Both the position numbers and the translations under genes were made by a program. A stretch of 64,000 bases of DNA from Eledone cirrhosa (lineage: Eukaryota): NCBI GenBank assembly GCA_964016885.1, contig OZ024742.1, positions 258,478,001 through 258,542,000 of the forward strand, read 5' to 3'. The notes under the pieces were generated by a model, which searched no databases, was not told the origin of the DNA, and was given only the letters and a program-made list of their open reading frames with translations. The first letter of the stretch is position 1; every line of letters begins with the position of its first letter. Below, in pieces: positions 1 to 12,692 of this stretch.

Positions 1-558
1 CCAACTCCCTTTCCTTCCTATTTCTATTTGAGGCTAACTCCTTACTAAATTCTATAGAGACTACTCTAATCTCTCTTTTGAGAGATCCCCGCCACCTGCT
101 GTTGACGATGGCGCCCGTCAACCGCTCCTTAACTAAAGTGCTAATCCGGTTCCTGTAAGCCTTACTTGCCGGTAAGGACAAGTTGAGCTTCCAGTAACCG
201 GGTCCCTGTCTATGAGTTCTGTCAAGATTGACCATGCAGGTCACTAATTTGTGGTCTGAATAGCCAACCATGCGCATTTTTGGACAACTTAAAAAGTCCT
301 TATCCTTAATTCTAACTAAGAATCTATCTAGGTACGACCTAGATGATCCGCTACGATTTGCCCAAGTCCATGTTGGCGCAGTCGGAAAATCTAGTCGATA
401 TATATCGGCCAGGTCAAATCGACCGATTAACCCTTTGAGGCTATTACACCCATCTCTATCGGGGCAGGCCCCTACGTAGTCCCAGCGTGCATCTAGGATA
501 CCATTCCAGTCCCCCACTAATAGCAAGGAGCGGGACGTCCCTAGAAAAGTCTCCAATA
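1..558 (-). mobile_element. L1/Tx1-clade LINE fragment, APE endonuclease region (degenerate)
   Basis: Minus strand encodes GDWNGILD, YLDRFLV and GYWKLN motifs; similar to 41100-41720 of the larger Tx1 element in this window. Confidence 0.85.
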
Positions 559-582
559 GAGAGAGAGATATATATATATATA

Positions 583-642
583 TTTCATTTAACAGTGGTT
601 TCTTGAAAGCAACCAAAATTGATTTCATTCATCAGAATGAAA
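583..642 (-). ncRNA. Type I hammerhead ribozyme (slightly degenerate)
   Basis: tttcatt-CTGATGA-stem II-GAAA-ccactgt-TA-aatgaaa on the minus strand. Confidence 0.7.
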
Positions 643-1794
643 AAATCCTGGTCTCTTTATTGACAGTAGATTTGAAAAACAAAAATATAACAGATATGAA
701 AGTGAGGCTGGAGGAAAAAAAAAGGGGGGGGGGAGGCGGGGAATAATAATAAATAAAAATATATAACAACACACACGTATACACACACACGCACATACGC
801 ACACACGCACACACGCTCACATATACACACATATATACATATATATATACATATATACAGGCATATATACACATATATATACACAGACACATATACACAC
901 ACATACACATATATATATATATATATCCATACATAAACACACCAACACACACACGCACACATATATATATATATAAATATATATATACATATACATATTT
1001 ATATACATATTTATATACATATACATATTTATACACATACACATACATACATACATACATACATACATACACACACACATACATACACACATATATAGAC
1101 ACATGCATACGTACTCACATATAAAAGGATACATATGCACACACCTTTTTTTTATTATTGTTATTTTTATTTTAAATTTTGCCGTCTTGTATCGCTGTCA
1201 ACTTTATAATATATTTTATTTTTTTATTTTTTATTTTCTTAATCCTTATTTTTTATTTGCTTATTTGTATGTGACGGCCTACTATGATTATTTATTCTTA
1301 TTTGTGTGTGTGCATATGTATCCTTCTATATGTGAGTACGTATTCATGTGTGTATATATGTGTGTATGTATATATGTGTGTATGTATTTATGTATGTGTA
1401 TATGTATATACATGTATTTATATATATATGTATATGTATATAAATATGTATGTGTGTGCACGTATATATATATATATATATATATGTGTGTATATATATA
1501 TATATATCTATATTTATATGTATATATATATATATGTGCGTGTTGGTGTTTTTACGTATGTGTGTGTGTATGTGTGTGTATATGTGTCTCTGTGTATATA
1601 TAGGTGTATATATGCGTGTATATATGTATATATGTGTGTATATGTGAGTGTGTGTGCGTGTGTGCGCGTGTTCGTGTGTGTTATATATTCTTATTTATTA
1701 TTATCCCCCCCCCCCTTTTTTTCCTCCAGCCTCACTTTCATATCTGTTATATTTTTGTTTTTCAAATCCACTGTCAATAAAGAGACCAGGATGT

Positions 1795-1854
1795 TTTCAT
1801 TCTGATGAATGAAAGCAATTTTCGTTGCTTTTTAGAAACCACTGGTAAATGAAA
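1795..1854 (+). ncRNA. Type I hammerhead ribozyme, intact core
   Basis: Stem I tttcatt/aatgaaa; CTGATGA 1802-1808; stem II aaagcaa/ttgcttt; GAAA 1835-1838; stem III cc-act-gg; GUA cleavage triplet ending 1847. Confidence 0.85.
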
Positions 1855-2104
1855 TAATTATCTTATGTTGTTTATTACATAACTAATAAGTTCTGTAACT
1901 TACATAGAGCACTCTTTTTTCCTGGACCTTTCCGACGGAATTACTTCACATATATATATATATACATATATATATATGTAGTGACATACATTTCGCGGGC
2001 TCACATACATTCTCTGTTCGTGATTTGGCTCAGCTCAGCCAATCAACGCCAGTAGAAGAGGATGTATCCCTACGCGCCCTGAGGGAGAAATTCCCCGCGA
2101 AGAT

Positions 2105-2760
2105 TTGAAGAATCAGTTACCAAATGTGGTAGAACAAACTGTGGAACGTGCCTCTACCTCACTGAAGGACAAAAATTTACATTTAAAGATGGCCAAATAT
2201 TTACAGTAAAAAACAATTTCACCTGCAACTCGGAGAACTTGATTTACGCAATAACTTGCGTTGGGTGCAAACACAACTACATAGGACAGACGGGCACCTC
2301 ATTACGCAAAAGAATGACCATCCACCGCCAACAAATCCGGGACGCTAACACAAGAAAAATCCCCTTGAGCAGCCATATTGCGAACTGCGCAGGAATGACA
2401 CTACCCAACTTTAAAATCTTCCCCTTCTACAAGTGCTCAGATTCGTTCACACAGCAACAAAGAATAAACAAAGAAAATGTATTCCTTAACAAATTTAAAC
2501 CAAAACTAAACGGGTTATCACCCCAATAGAATTGTCATAAAATATAAACACACATACGCACGGAGTGACAGATATATGTGTTTGTATGTGTGCATGTATA
2601 TCATTATCACTACTATTAAAGACCAGAGACCAATTCTGTAGAATCAGGTTTATTCGTTGACAGACCATGCCTTTGTGTGACCAATACATCCATGTTAAAC
2701 CCTGCACGTGCACACACATATATCTATATATATACGCACACAGAATTCACCACTGTCGGT
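2105..2760 (+). mobile_element. PLE 3' fragment with GIY-YIG endonuclease (Neptune-like)
   Basis: KCGRTNCGTC...FTCNSENLIYAITCVGCKHNYIGQTG..LRKRMTIHR; ORF 2239-2529; homologous to 25720-26259. Confidence 0.85.
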
Positions 2761-2857
2761 TTCGGGGCCCAATCTACATGAAGAACTCAATGTGATCAGA
2801 ATGACTTGTATTTTAATTTCACTGTCCTAACTTCTTAAATTATGGAAATAATATATG

Positions 2858-2913
2858 TGATGTATGTATATATATATATTTGGAGGCCATTTCTCTGTGT
2901 GTGGGTGTGTGTA

Positions 2914-2955
<42 letters not shown>

Positions 2956-2976
2956 TGCATGTGGATGTATGTATTG

Positions 2977-3015
<39 letters not shown>

Positions 3016-3286
3016 GTGTATCTGGATGTATGCGTATGTGTATATATATATGTGTGTGTGTGTGTGTATATATATGTGTGTATGTGTATATATGTGTGTG
3101 TGTGTGTGTGTGTTTGTAATTGTGTATGTATATATATGTGTGTGTGTGTATGTATGTGTGGGTGTGTGTATATATATGTGTATGTATATGTGTGTATATA
3201 TGTGTATGTACACATATATATATGTGTGTGCGTGTGTGTGTGTGTGTGTATGTGTGTATCTGGATGTATGTGTATGTATATATATA

Positions 3287-3317
<31 letters not shown>

Positions 3318-3366
3318 GTGTGTGTATGTGTGTATGTATATGTATGTGTGTGTGTATGTATGTGTG

Positions 3367-3409
<43 letters not shown>

Positions 3410-3460
3410 ATGTATATGTATATATATGTATGTGTGGATGAAGGTATGTGTGTATATATA
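2858..3460. repeat. Compound (TG)n/(TA)n microsatellite array
   Basis: Directly visible; source of several spurious ORFs. Confidence 0.95.
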
Positions 3461-3789
3461 GGTGTAAGTGCACTAAATCCCTTTCTATCAATCTCCCCTC
3501 TCCTACCGACCACAGGGAGAGATATATGTATGTATATTGCTTCCAACCCCCTCACTGACCAGCAGCTGGCCATCTGGCCATTGCTAAGTCTGACCTTTAT
3601 AAAATGCACCCCCCCCCCCCACAAACACACACCCAATAACTTCTCATTCACTACCTGAAAGGCACACAGCAATCAACTTGCGGCTATCAAGATGAAAACT
3701 ACTATGAAATCACACAATGAATTTTATACTTGAATTTTCAAATCTCAAATTTTAACTCTTCTTATTATTAATTTTTCTTAATATTAATC

Positions 3790-3837
3790 AACATTTGAAA
3801 AGATGGCTTTTGCAGACCCATCGAAACCGGTCATTTT
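3790..3837 (+). ncRNA. Degenerate hammerhead ribozyme in a probable pseudo-LTR (~3460-3980)
   Basis: Stem II gatgg/ccatc, GAAA, palindromic ccgg, TC; the core reads ttgaaaa instead of CTGAnGA. Confidence 0.5.
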
Positions 3838-3976
3838 TTATACCCTTTATTATTTCCTTACCTTATTAAATTATATGTTTTTTCACAAAAAAGTATTCTG
3901 TCTCTTATATATTCCATGTGCCATTACCAACCTCAATTTTCTCTATAACCTTCGTTTTGTGTAGTAAATTACACTT

Positions 3977-4017
<41 letters not shown>

Positions 4018-4021
<4 letters not shown>

Positions 4022-5438
4022 ACTTTAATACATGAATACACATACATCTAACTATACACATTAAACTTATATATATATTTACTTATTTATATACATTTTC
4101 ACATATATATACATACATATGGTCGCTTTTAGACACATTCATTATAGCATATTCGCACCTATTCTCATCAGCATATCTATCCATTATTAGTGTGTTAATT
4201 TTATGTTATTAATATACATATATATGTTGAGAAGACATTGTTTTTATATTTTTCTAACCAGATTGAGGTTTATATAGTTGGGGGGATGTCCCTCTTTTAT
4301 GTAATATTCAGCTTGTAGTGGGAAAAAAGGGTTTTAGTTCGGTGACGGCAGAATAATCTTCGTTCAATTCTGTTATTAAGCAATTTCTTCTTGTGTGTGA
4401 TTATGTAATAAATCTCAAGATTACACAATTTGCAGAAATTTTGGCTCCTGGAAAAGCTTTAAGTTTTAGCTAATTTCTCCCATTTTAGGGTAAACTTTTG
4501 ATCGCTATCCCTGAGCGTCCAAGCTTTTTCTGCTAAAGTTGTTACATTTCTTTGGCTCTGGTGTTTTATTGAGTAAAAATGCCTATATAATCGAGATTTA
4601 AACGATGTTGCCGTTGATACCACGTAATACCATTCGTTGCCTCCGGATTTAATGGTACGCTTATAAATGATATTTTTTTCCAGGCAGTTATTGCCGAGGG
4701 GGCAGTTGTCAGGATAGGTGCAGTTACAGTTGTGTACGTTGGGTTTACTCTGAAGTAGTATTGCGGACGAACTTAGGTGTGGTTTATTTATGTTCTGTAG
4801 TGTGTTGTCTACTGTTTTTTTGTGTTCTTTGTAATTAAGTTTTTAGTGTTTTCGTTTAACCTTCTAGTATTCATCTTTTTTATGTGTTGTTCAAGGTTTA
4901 GCGCTGTAGAGTATGACAGTCTTATAATGGTAGGGTTTAGGATTTTGTGGTATTTGTGTGATGTAGGAAAATATCTCTTAATTATTTTAAAGAAGAGTAC
5001 TGGTAAATTTGTACTAATGGAACTATTGTATTCAGGATTATACCATAAGTAGTCTTTGCATCGCTTTCTATTAGTTTTGTTTGTTGGTTTACTGGTGTGT
5101 ATACTATGGTAGTAAGTGTGGTTTGGTGTTGTGTTATTATATCTACCTATGTGGGATTTATTTTGGGTGTTTTGATTGTTCTCATCTATATACTCTATCT
5201 AGTTAGAAAAATATAAAAACAATCTCTTCTCAACATATATATGTATATTATTAACCTTAAATTACCACACTAATAATGGATAGATATGCTGATGAGAATA
5301 GGTGCGAATATGCTATAATGAATGTGTCTAAAAGCGACCATATGTATGTATATATATTTGAAAATGTATATAAATAAGTAAATATATATATATGTTTGAT
5401 GTGTATAGTTAGATGTATGTGTATTCATGTATTAAAGT

Positions 5439-5503
<65 letters not shown>

Positions 5504-6188
5504 GACAGGAGTATGTGTGTACATATGTGTGTGTCTATACGTGTGTATATAAAGATGAGTTGAGTATGAAAATGTATACAAATGAATGCGTATGTATGTA
5601 CATATATATATGTATATATATGTATACATATATATGTGCATGTATATATGTATGTAAGTATGAGCATGTAAGTATGTGTATGTGAGTATATGTATTTTGT
5701 AGAGGTGTGCATATATGTTTGTGTGTGAATGCGTGGGCGAAAGGATACGTACACTTGAAAGAAAAATTTAAGTCTGAATGTTAATTAAGTGCAAACACAA
5801 AACCGATCATGCATATCTATACTATCTCTAATCCTTCTATAGATTTAGAAAAATAACCAACGCCAAATAATATATTGTATAAAAATGTGAAAACAACAGA
5901 TGGGAATCTAATTACTCACTGCCACCAAAAATTCTCACTGCTATCAAAAAACCACTCCCTTAACTATTCTTCTAACAACTTCACCCCTCCCTCCTAATAT
6001 TCTCTATAAAAACCAAACAGGTTCTCAATAAAATTATTCTGATGAAATGACAGTTGATAATAACATTGAAATATTGAATGTCTGCATAACTAATACTTTG
6101 TAGATAGCAGCTGTTTTCAGGTTATGTAACTGTTATTGAAACACGTGTCAATAAATTCCTTTTAACTGAACTGTATCCATTTAAATCC

Positions 6189-6190
<2 letters not shown>
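4018..6190 (-). mobile_element. PLE 3' fragment (GIY-YIG, CNC..CPL..CL type, ~4320-5060 on minus) with inverted 3'UTR/pseudo-LTR copy
   Basis: Minus strand: WYNPEY, CNCTYPDNCPLGNNCLEKNIIYK, FKSRLYRH, CKLCNLE, CRHR; 4018-4258 is inverted at ~5198-5443; the plus-strand copy appears to continue to the HHR at 6034. Confidence 0.8.
6034..6154 (+). ncRNA. Type I hammerhead ribozyme with ~90-nt stem II domain
   Basis: ttatt-CTGATGA(6039-6045)-aatgacagtt...aactgttatt-GAAA(6138-6141)-cacgtg-TC-aataa. Confidence 0.8.
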
Positions 6191-6237
<47 letters not shown>

Positions 6238-6285
6238 CGTGTGTGTGTGTGTTGTATGTGTGTGTGTGTGTGTATGTGTGTGTGT

Positions 6286-6326
<41 letters not shown>

Positions 6327-6905
6327 TGTGTGTGTGTATACAAATAAGATAATCAAACAGGATGAAAAATAATGGTGAGAATACAGTCTTTCTCTGAAGA
6401 TTTATTACAGGACCTGTTAAAGAAAATACCACCACTGTTCTCTATCTCGCACACATATCCATACATATTCTAATCTTAAACTTTCTATGAAGAATTATTA
6501 CAGCGAGTGAGTAAAATAAAATACTGTTACCGTTCTTCTTTTGTCTCTCTCTTACATCCACACATAGATTTCCAATCTATACATCTTCACCAGAGTGTTA
6601 CATGGAAGGTACAGTAGCTGTAATACAATAGAAGAGAGGTGAAAAACATCGAGAGCAGTATGTGATCTCTATATATATTCATAGTGACTGTATGCTACGA
6701 AATATATATATAAATGTCAGATCGCTCAATGACATAGTTTCCCGAGGTTAATAAAGATAATCAGTCATTATGGTGTAGAGCTCATTAGCAGCAGTCCACA
6801 TAAATTGAAGAAAACAATCACGAGAGCAAATGATGTCTTTTCATACAAATATTTGAGGAATATAATGATATAATGAAATAAAAGTATACATGCATATATA
6901 TATAC

Positions 6906-6957
<52 letters not shown>

Positions 6958-7013
6958 ATGTGTGGTTGTGTGGTGGTTTTGTGGTGTTTGTATGTGTCTG
7001 TGTGAGCGTAAAC

Positions 7014-7053
<40 letters not shown>

Positions 7054-7683
7054 GTGTGTGTGTGGGGAGGGGTAACTTTAATTTCTAAGAATTATGAGAG
7101 TCTAATATAACGAACTCCACAGAGAGTTGTCATATCGTAGTAATGATTGCACTCTAATGAGATAATATATATGAATGAATAAATAGACAGTCATTCTCCA
7201 ATGAAATCTATCATATTTTTTCCATCTCAAATATTCATAACGATAATTAGGATAACATTTCTTTGACTGATTATCTCTATGTGGTTGGGTACAAATTTAA
7301 TTAAAAATATATTACTTTCATTATCTGCGTTCCTCAGGAAGCAATACACAATAGTAGGTTTCTTAAGTACTTACTAAGATTTATTGCTATTAATGGAATC
7401 TAGAAATATCGATTTATCTTGATCCATGGGTCCGTAAGTTGTTTGTTATTTACAATGGTCTGTAGCTACGATACTGAATCTTAGTGATATATGTATTCCG
7501 TTTATTTTTTTGTTAACTGACATTCGATGTTTTTTATATATATATATATATATACATGTATCTATGTAAAAGGTAAACAGAAATAACAACACCATCGGTA
7601 CATATGGAAGGAATATATTCGTTTAAGGTTTGAAATAGCAGCAAGAGGATATACACACACACAAACACACACACACACACGCG

Positions 7684-7791
<108 letters not shown>

Positions 7792-7938
7792 ATATTAATA
7801 AATGGAAGCTATCTTTATCAAGATAGCTTCCATTTATTAATGTTATTGACATTATACTCCCGAAAAAAATCTTTTGCGAGCATCTAATCTGTTATAAACT
7901 AAATTTGTTGAATTATCAACAAATTATATAACTCATTA

Positions 7939-7971
<33 letters not shown>

Positions 7972-7976
<5 letters not shown>

Positions 7977-8399
7977 ACTTTCTTTCGGCCCCTCTGTCAG
8001 TTACACTTTCTCTCGACTGACCGCTTCCTCGCACTTCCACTCACTCACTCTCTGTTTCTCCCCTTCTCACTTCCTCCCGTTTGGCTTACAGTTGGTCTCT
8101 TCTTGCTTACATCTCACTCACGTCGCACGGTCTGTACCTTTTGCTCATGAAATCCACCCAGATTATGCTGACCGGACAACCATGTTGCTTGTTTTTTTCC
8201 CATCTTTGGTTTACTTGTCCCCCTCGCTTTACGCGATTTACTGGTCCAAATAACTGTTTTTAGTTATTGCTCGCACCAACCTGAGGTATATGATTTTTAA
8301 TGCGATGAAATACCAATGATGGTTGGAAAATCACTGACGAAGGACTATTTTTATCATATGTAACCCATTTGCAACCACGCAGTATTCTTCTTTCTTCTC

Positions 8400-8405
<6 letters not shown>
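7972..8405 (+). mobile_element. Probable PLE pseudo-LTR remnant between (TA)n arrays
   Basis: CT-rich body with an orphan CTGACGAagg half-hammerhead at ~8334; GAAA half missing. Confidence 0.35.
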
Positions 8406-8450
<45 letters not shown>

Positions 8451-8451
8451 A

Positions 8452-8932
8452 CTACCCAAATTACCCTCACCTTGCTGCGTTTCACACATTTCTCTTGTCA
8501 TAATTCTAGTGATGTTTTTTCATAGCCATATTTTACTATAAAGAGAGGAACTTTTTTGTTGATTTACGTTTAATTAAAAGAAAACCCCCGTGTTAATAGA
8601 GGTTCCAATGCTCAAGTTATGGGCTTCCATTAGAGTATCTTAATAATATTGAAATTTGCTGAAATGTTGTGTATAAGCGTCATATATTGTCATCTACCTA
8701 TGGTTTAAATTTCATATAAATCGAAGGGAAAAGAGTTTCAGCGGGGGTTTGTTCCCCCGGGGATACCCCCGCCCGGGAAACACTTTGATTAAAATGAAAT
8801 ATACTTATCCAAGTACCCTGGGCAATGTAGTTTCAGAATATATATAGTTATGGGGGTCTATCTCGAAAGCCATAGGAGGAGTTCGTGAACAAACAAACAA
8901 ACAGACTGGAACTACATCTTTATATATATAGA
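8452..8932 (-). mobile_element. Non-autonomous Helitron-like element
   Basis: Minus strand starts a|TCTATATATATAAAG, then a (gttt)n tract, and ends in a decayed acgcagcaa..gggta..GTAG|t terminus resembling hairpin+CTAG. Confidence 0.6.
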
Positions 8933-9039
8933 TAGATATATATATATATATATGCATGAAGCAAATTGCGCGTGGTAAAATATCAGATGGACAATAACGC
9001 ACCAAAGTTCTCAATACTTAGGGTAGTAGTGTGGGTAAT

Positions 9040-9135
9040 AGAAAAAGAGTCAGGACCCCGACAGATGAGCTCCGAACCGGATCTAGATATCGAAACAGCC
9101 GGAGCTCAGCCATCGGGCTCCTGAATCTTTTCCTA
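9040..9135. repeat. Fold-back of a repeat terminus shared with 34915-34940
   Basis: aaaagagtcaggaccccga..tgagctccg pairs with cggagctca..tcgggctcctgaatctttt; the same end (gtcggggtcctgactcttttccta) occurs at 34917-34940. Confidence 0.7.
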
Positions 9136-9143
9136 TATATATA

Positions 9144-9436
9144 TGTCACATAAGAAACGGAGAATCAGAGTTGCTACGAATAAAATGTATTAGACATATT
9201 ACAATCGTTTCTCTGGCGACCAGCTCGAGGTATTATCGATGTAATGATCGAACCTGACTCTGAAATGGCGGCCTTCACTCGGCAGCTTAGATCCTGTTGT
9301 TGTCATTCGATGAGTGGTCAAGGATTATACACGTCATCGGCATTTTTGGCCACTCATCGCCGTCGTATATTTTGTTCCTTTCATTTGCCCCCTGTCAATC
9401 AAAGTTGTTTCTTTAATCGGAATTACTACTGTTACA
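9144..9436. mobile_element. Probable solo LTR (~293 bp)
   Basis: Begins TGTCACA and ends TGTTACA (TG...CA with short imperfect inverted ends); embedded in (TA)n. Confidence 0.55.
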
Positions 9437-9541
<105 letters not shown>

Positions 9542-9948
9542 TTATGAATATGTCTGTGCGTGGTGTGTGTGTACTATTGATGATTTGGAAATAGATCCTT
9601 TAAAATATTGAGCTAAATACCAAGTGATACATAATTCCTAGTGATTGGATATCAGTAGCAGCAGAGGACACACACCTACAGAGACAATGTTATATTTTTA
9701 TTATGTGCAAACTTATATATACATTGCTGGAGTCTCAATTTTCCACTCGTTATTCATACAGATATAACTTTATTGTACGTTTCTGCTGCTAGCGAACATC
9801 TTAATATGTATCTAAATTAATTACCAGCACGAACCGTAATTGTATGCAAATTAGCCCATTTCAGAATATTGCTAATAAGCTATAGTTTTTGTAGTAGGCT
9901 TTCATCGCCTGAGGTTCACTCGCAGATTCTACTCGAGCTACAGAATCA

Positions 9949-10021
<73 letters not shown>

Positions 10022-10316
10022 GTGTGTGTATGTGTGGGTGTGTTCGCGTATTGAACTGTGAAAATAAGATAAAAATCGAAGATAAGTTATTAATTAGTTA
10101 TTTGTCTTACTATAGTTTATAAATATGTTTTTCGTGTGTGTGTGTGTGTGTATGCGTGTGTGTGTATGCGTGTGTGTGTATGCGTATGCGTGGGTGTGTG
10201 TGCGAGTGTGTGTGTGTGTGTGCACGTGTGCATACTTACATTTATGTATCAGCTGAGCTTGGTCCACAAATGAAATTCTAATTATATTTATATATACACA
10301 TATCTATATACTATAT

Positions 10317-10590
10317 GATCGTAAGTCCAACACCCTTACCACTAGGTCACGTGCCTCCATCGTGGGCTCGATTTTTGGGTTGCGTGTTGTGTTCTTGAGA
10401 AAAACACTTCATTTCACGTTGTTCCAGTATACTCACTTCAAAATGAGTACCAGCAATATTTGGAGGGTTAAACTATGATGGACTGCCGTCCTGTCCAGGG
10501 GGAGTCTTGTACTCTCAGTCGCTTCACGCCATGAAACCGGGATAAGCAGCGGCCAAGTCAGCCTTCTTGTTTAAGACAGACTTTAGACTT
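10317..10590 (+). mobile_element. tRNA-derived SINE with inverted 5' head
   Basis: 10317-10358 reverse-complements to an A-box head (ggaggcacgtgacctagtggtaaggg); B-box-like gggctcgatt follows; CORE-like gtgttgtgttcttgagaaaaacact; gatggactgccgtcctgtccaggg domain; (agacttt) tail. Confidence 0.8.
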
Positions 10591-10699
10591 TACACTGTAG
10601 ATATACTATAATAAAGAAAGGAGTGCAGGGAGTGCGGGATTGCATACGTTTTATTCTGTTAATCTAGTTAGTAAAACAAGTTGGATTACTTTGAATAAA

Positions 10700-10888
10700 T
10701 AATTGTTTCTACGATTGGCACAAAGTCAGCAATAATCCAGTGCATTACTGGTACTTTATTTATCGACTCCGTAAGGATGAAAGGCAAAGTTAACCTTGGT
10801 GGGATTTAAACTCAGACCATAACGGAGCGTAACTCTATGCTAAAAAGCATGGTGTCCGAATCTTTACAGATATTCCCAATCCACCGCC
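10700..10888 (-). mobile_element. SINE family A (~190 bp)
   Basis: ggcggtggattgg head, B box gagtttaaatccc, central ttgcctttcatccttacggagtcgataaa..aagtaccag, tail gtagaaacaatta; many copies in window. Confidence 0.9.
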
Positions 10889-11374
10889 AACAAATTATTT
10901 TATATTCGTTCATTAATTATTCAAATTACTTTGAATAAATAATGAATGAATATTACATAATTTATGTACTATATTTCGTTACTTTTGATTAAATTTAATA
11001 TAAATAATTCTATTGCTTATTTAAAATTGACTTCTTTTCAAAGTTCCAAATTTCTACACTTCCGGTATATCGCCGCCGCCACCACCACTTCAACTAGATA
11101 GAGACTATATCGAAAGAGAGAGTGTGTGATGAGAGAGAGAGATACCGATAGATTGAGTGATTATGATTTTCAAGACGATGACACGTATGTGTATCTGGAC
11201 ATACATACATCTATATGTATGAGTATATAACTATTATGAGTATATAATATAATCGCGCAAACACAAACTTACAAAAATACACACTCACGGACAAAGAATC
11301 ACACAAATACACACATACAGTCAAACAGTCATGATAGCGTTCGATGAATTGGAAATGGGAGAGTAAAAGTACAA

Positions 11375-12085
11375 CTCTTTATTTATTTATTAACAACACA
11401 GTTTATCTCTTTAGTATAAAAATTTAATATAATGATTACAGAATGAAAATACAAACAAATATAATATATACATAGGAAAAAGAAAGGACAAAAAGAAAGA
11501 GAAAAATACACAAGCACGTAATAAACACATCTTAGACAACATAGAACAAAATGTAGGCGAAAGAGTGAAAAATCGAGCCGCTACCAGAGCAAAAGATAGC
11601 AATATAGCGAGGAGCACTGAGAAACCTCTGTATAATTTTTTAGGCAAGCCAGCACGCTCGCAGCCTTACCTGGGGTGATGGCGAGGTTCAGGTGGAGAAA
11701 CAACCAAGTGCCCTCATGAGCATCACCAGTTACCTTATTTGGCGAGCCGCCAATAAGAACATCGCTGTCAGTAGCCCGACTCCCCCAAACGTCTTGGACG
11801 CCACAGGCTGTAAAATGTAGTTAGCTGACAGAACACGTTTTTTTAGGATGTTGTTCCGTTCAGCTGCGGATGCTGTAACTCTCGCCCTTACCGCTGCATC
11901 CAGGATGTGGGAAGAAGCAAAAGAGTCACTAACTGTGGCGTCTCAGGTAAAGCACCTGCCTCTTGACCAGGAGCACAGAGTAAGACCGTTAAGTCTTTTC
12001 CCATCAATTCTGGACAACTCAGACTGTTCCAAAATTGAGAAGATGTTTGCCTGGGCAAACATCTTAAAGCTCTTAAGTGGTAATA
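11375..12085 (-). mobile_element. Possible internally deleted LINE (Tx1-like) remnant
   Basis: 3'UTR-like T-rich segment and tail on minus strand plus GC-richer decayed coding-like segment; no decisive motif. Confidence 0.25.
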
Positions 12086-12203
12086 GGACAGCGTGTGTAC
12101 GTGCGCGTGCGTTAGTTTGTCAGGGTTCTTAAATTAGAGACACGTGTGTATGTGTCACTTAGAATAAATTAGCTCTAGGAAAGAGATTTTTCCGAGAATT
12201 CTT

Positions 12204-12282
12204 CACCCGCTCATGAACAAGGATTTGGTATTCCTCTTCACAATTGATATTGCGAAACAGTATTATCAAAACTGCCCGGGTG
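12204..12282 (+). ncRNA. Hammerhead ribozyme, tandem copy 1 (core mutated)
   Basis: cacccg-CTCATGA-acaa..ttgc-GAAA-cagt/actg-CC-cgggtg. Confidence 0.7.
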
Positions 12283-12692
12283 ATTGGTAGTTACCACAAT
12301 TACGGTTTCTATTTATTTTCTAGATTTATTCTTAAATAGTTAGTATTCTCTTACTCTTAGCGAATCTGGTCCCTTACGATTTGAACACATATATGTCTGT
12401 GTTTGTTTTTCTTTTTTGTTCAGTTATATTATACGGCTCAGAAAAATCTCTTTCCTAGAGCCAATTTATTGTAAGAGACTATTTTGAGTTTCTAACTAAA
12501 TATAGGCCTTTCATATATTCGGCTCCGTTACTTCGTCGAGCTAATTCAAATGTCGAGTAGACCCTGCTGCTATTTTTAGTGGTGTGAGTGTGCGAGACAC
12601 GCTAAGTTCTGGTACCATGAGCCTTGTTATATATACGCACACTATCCAGTTTTTTAATAAACTTAGAAGTGACGAGGATACTAATAATTCTT

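Larger units (their letters stand above)
581..1950. mobile_element. ORF-less PLE pseudo-LTR pair in inverted orientation (arms ~581-1145 and ~1304-1856, tail to ~1950)
   Basis: Arms are reverse complements, including an internal compound TA/TG microsatellite; each arm ends in an HHR; (TA)n on both flanks. Confidence 0.8.

Noticed and set aside
625-3672. Long ORFs rich in YI/VC/HT dipeptides (also at 5413, 23916, 24863, 27094, 36946, 61663 and elsewhere)
   Set aside because: Translations of (TA)n, (TG)n and (GA)n microsatellites, which lack stop codons; not genes
5283-5320. CTGATGA-gaataggtgc-GAAT hammerhead-like string (mirrored at 4145-4175)
   Set aside because: No GAAA, no stem II beyond one pair and no stem I complement
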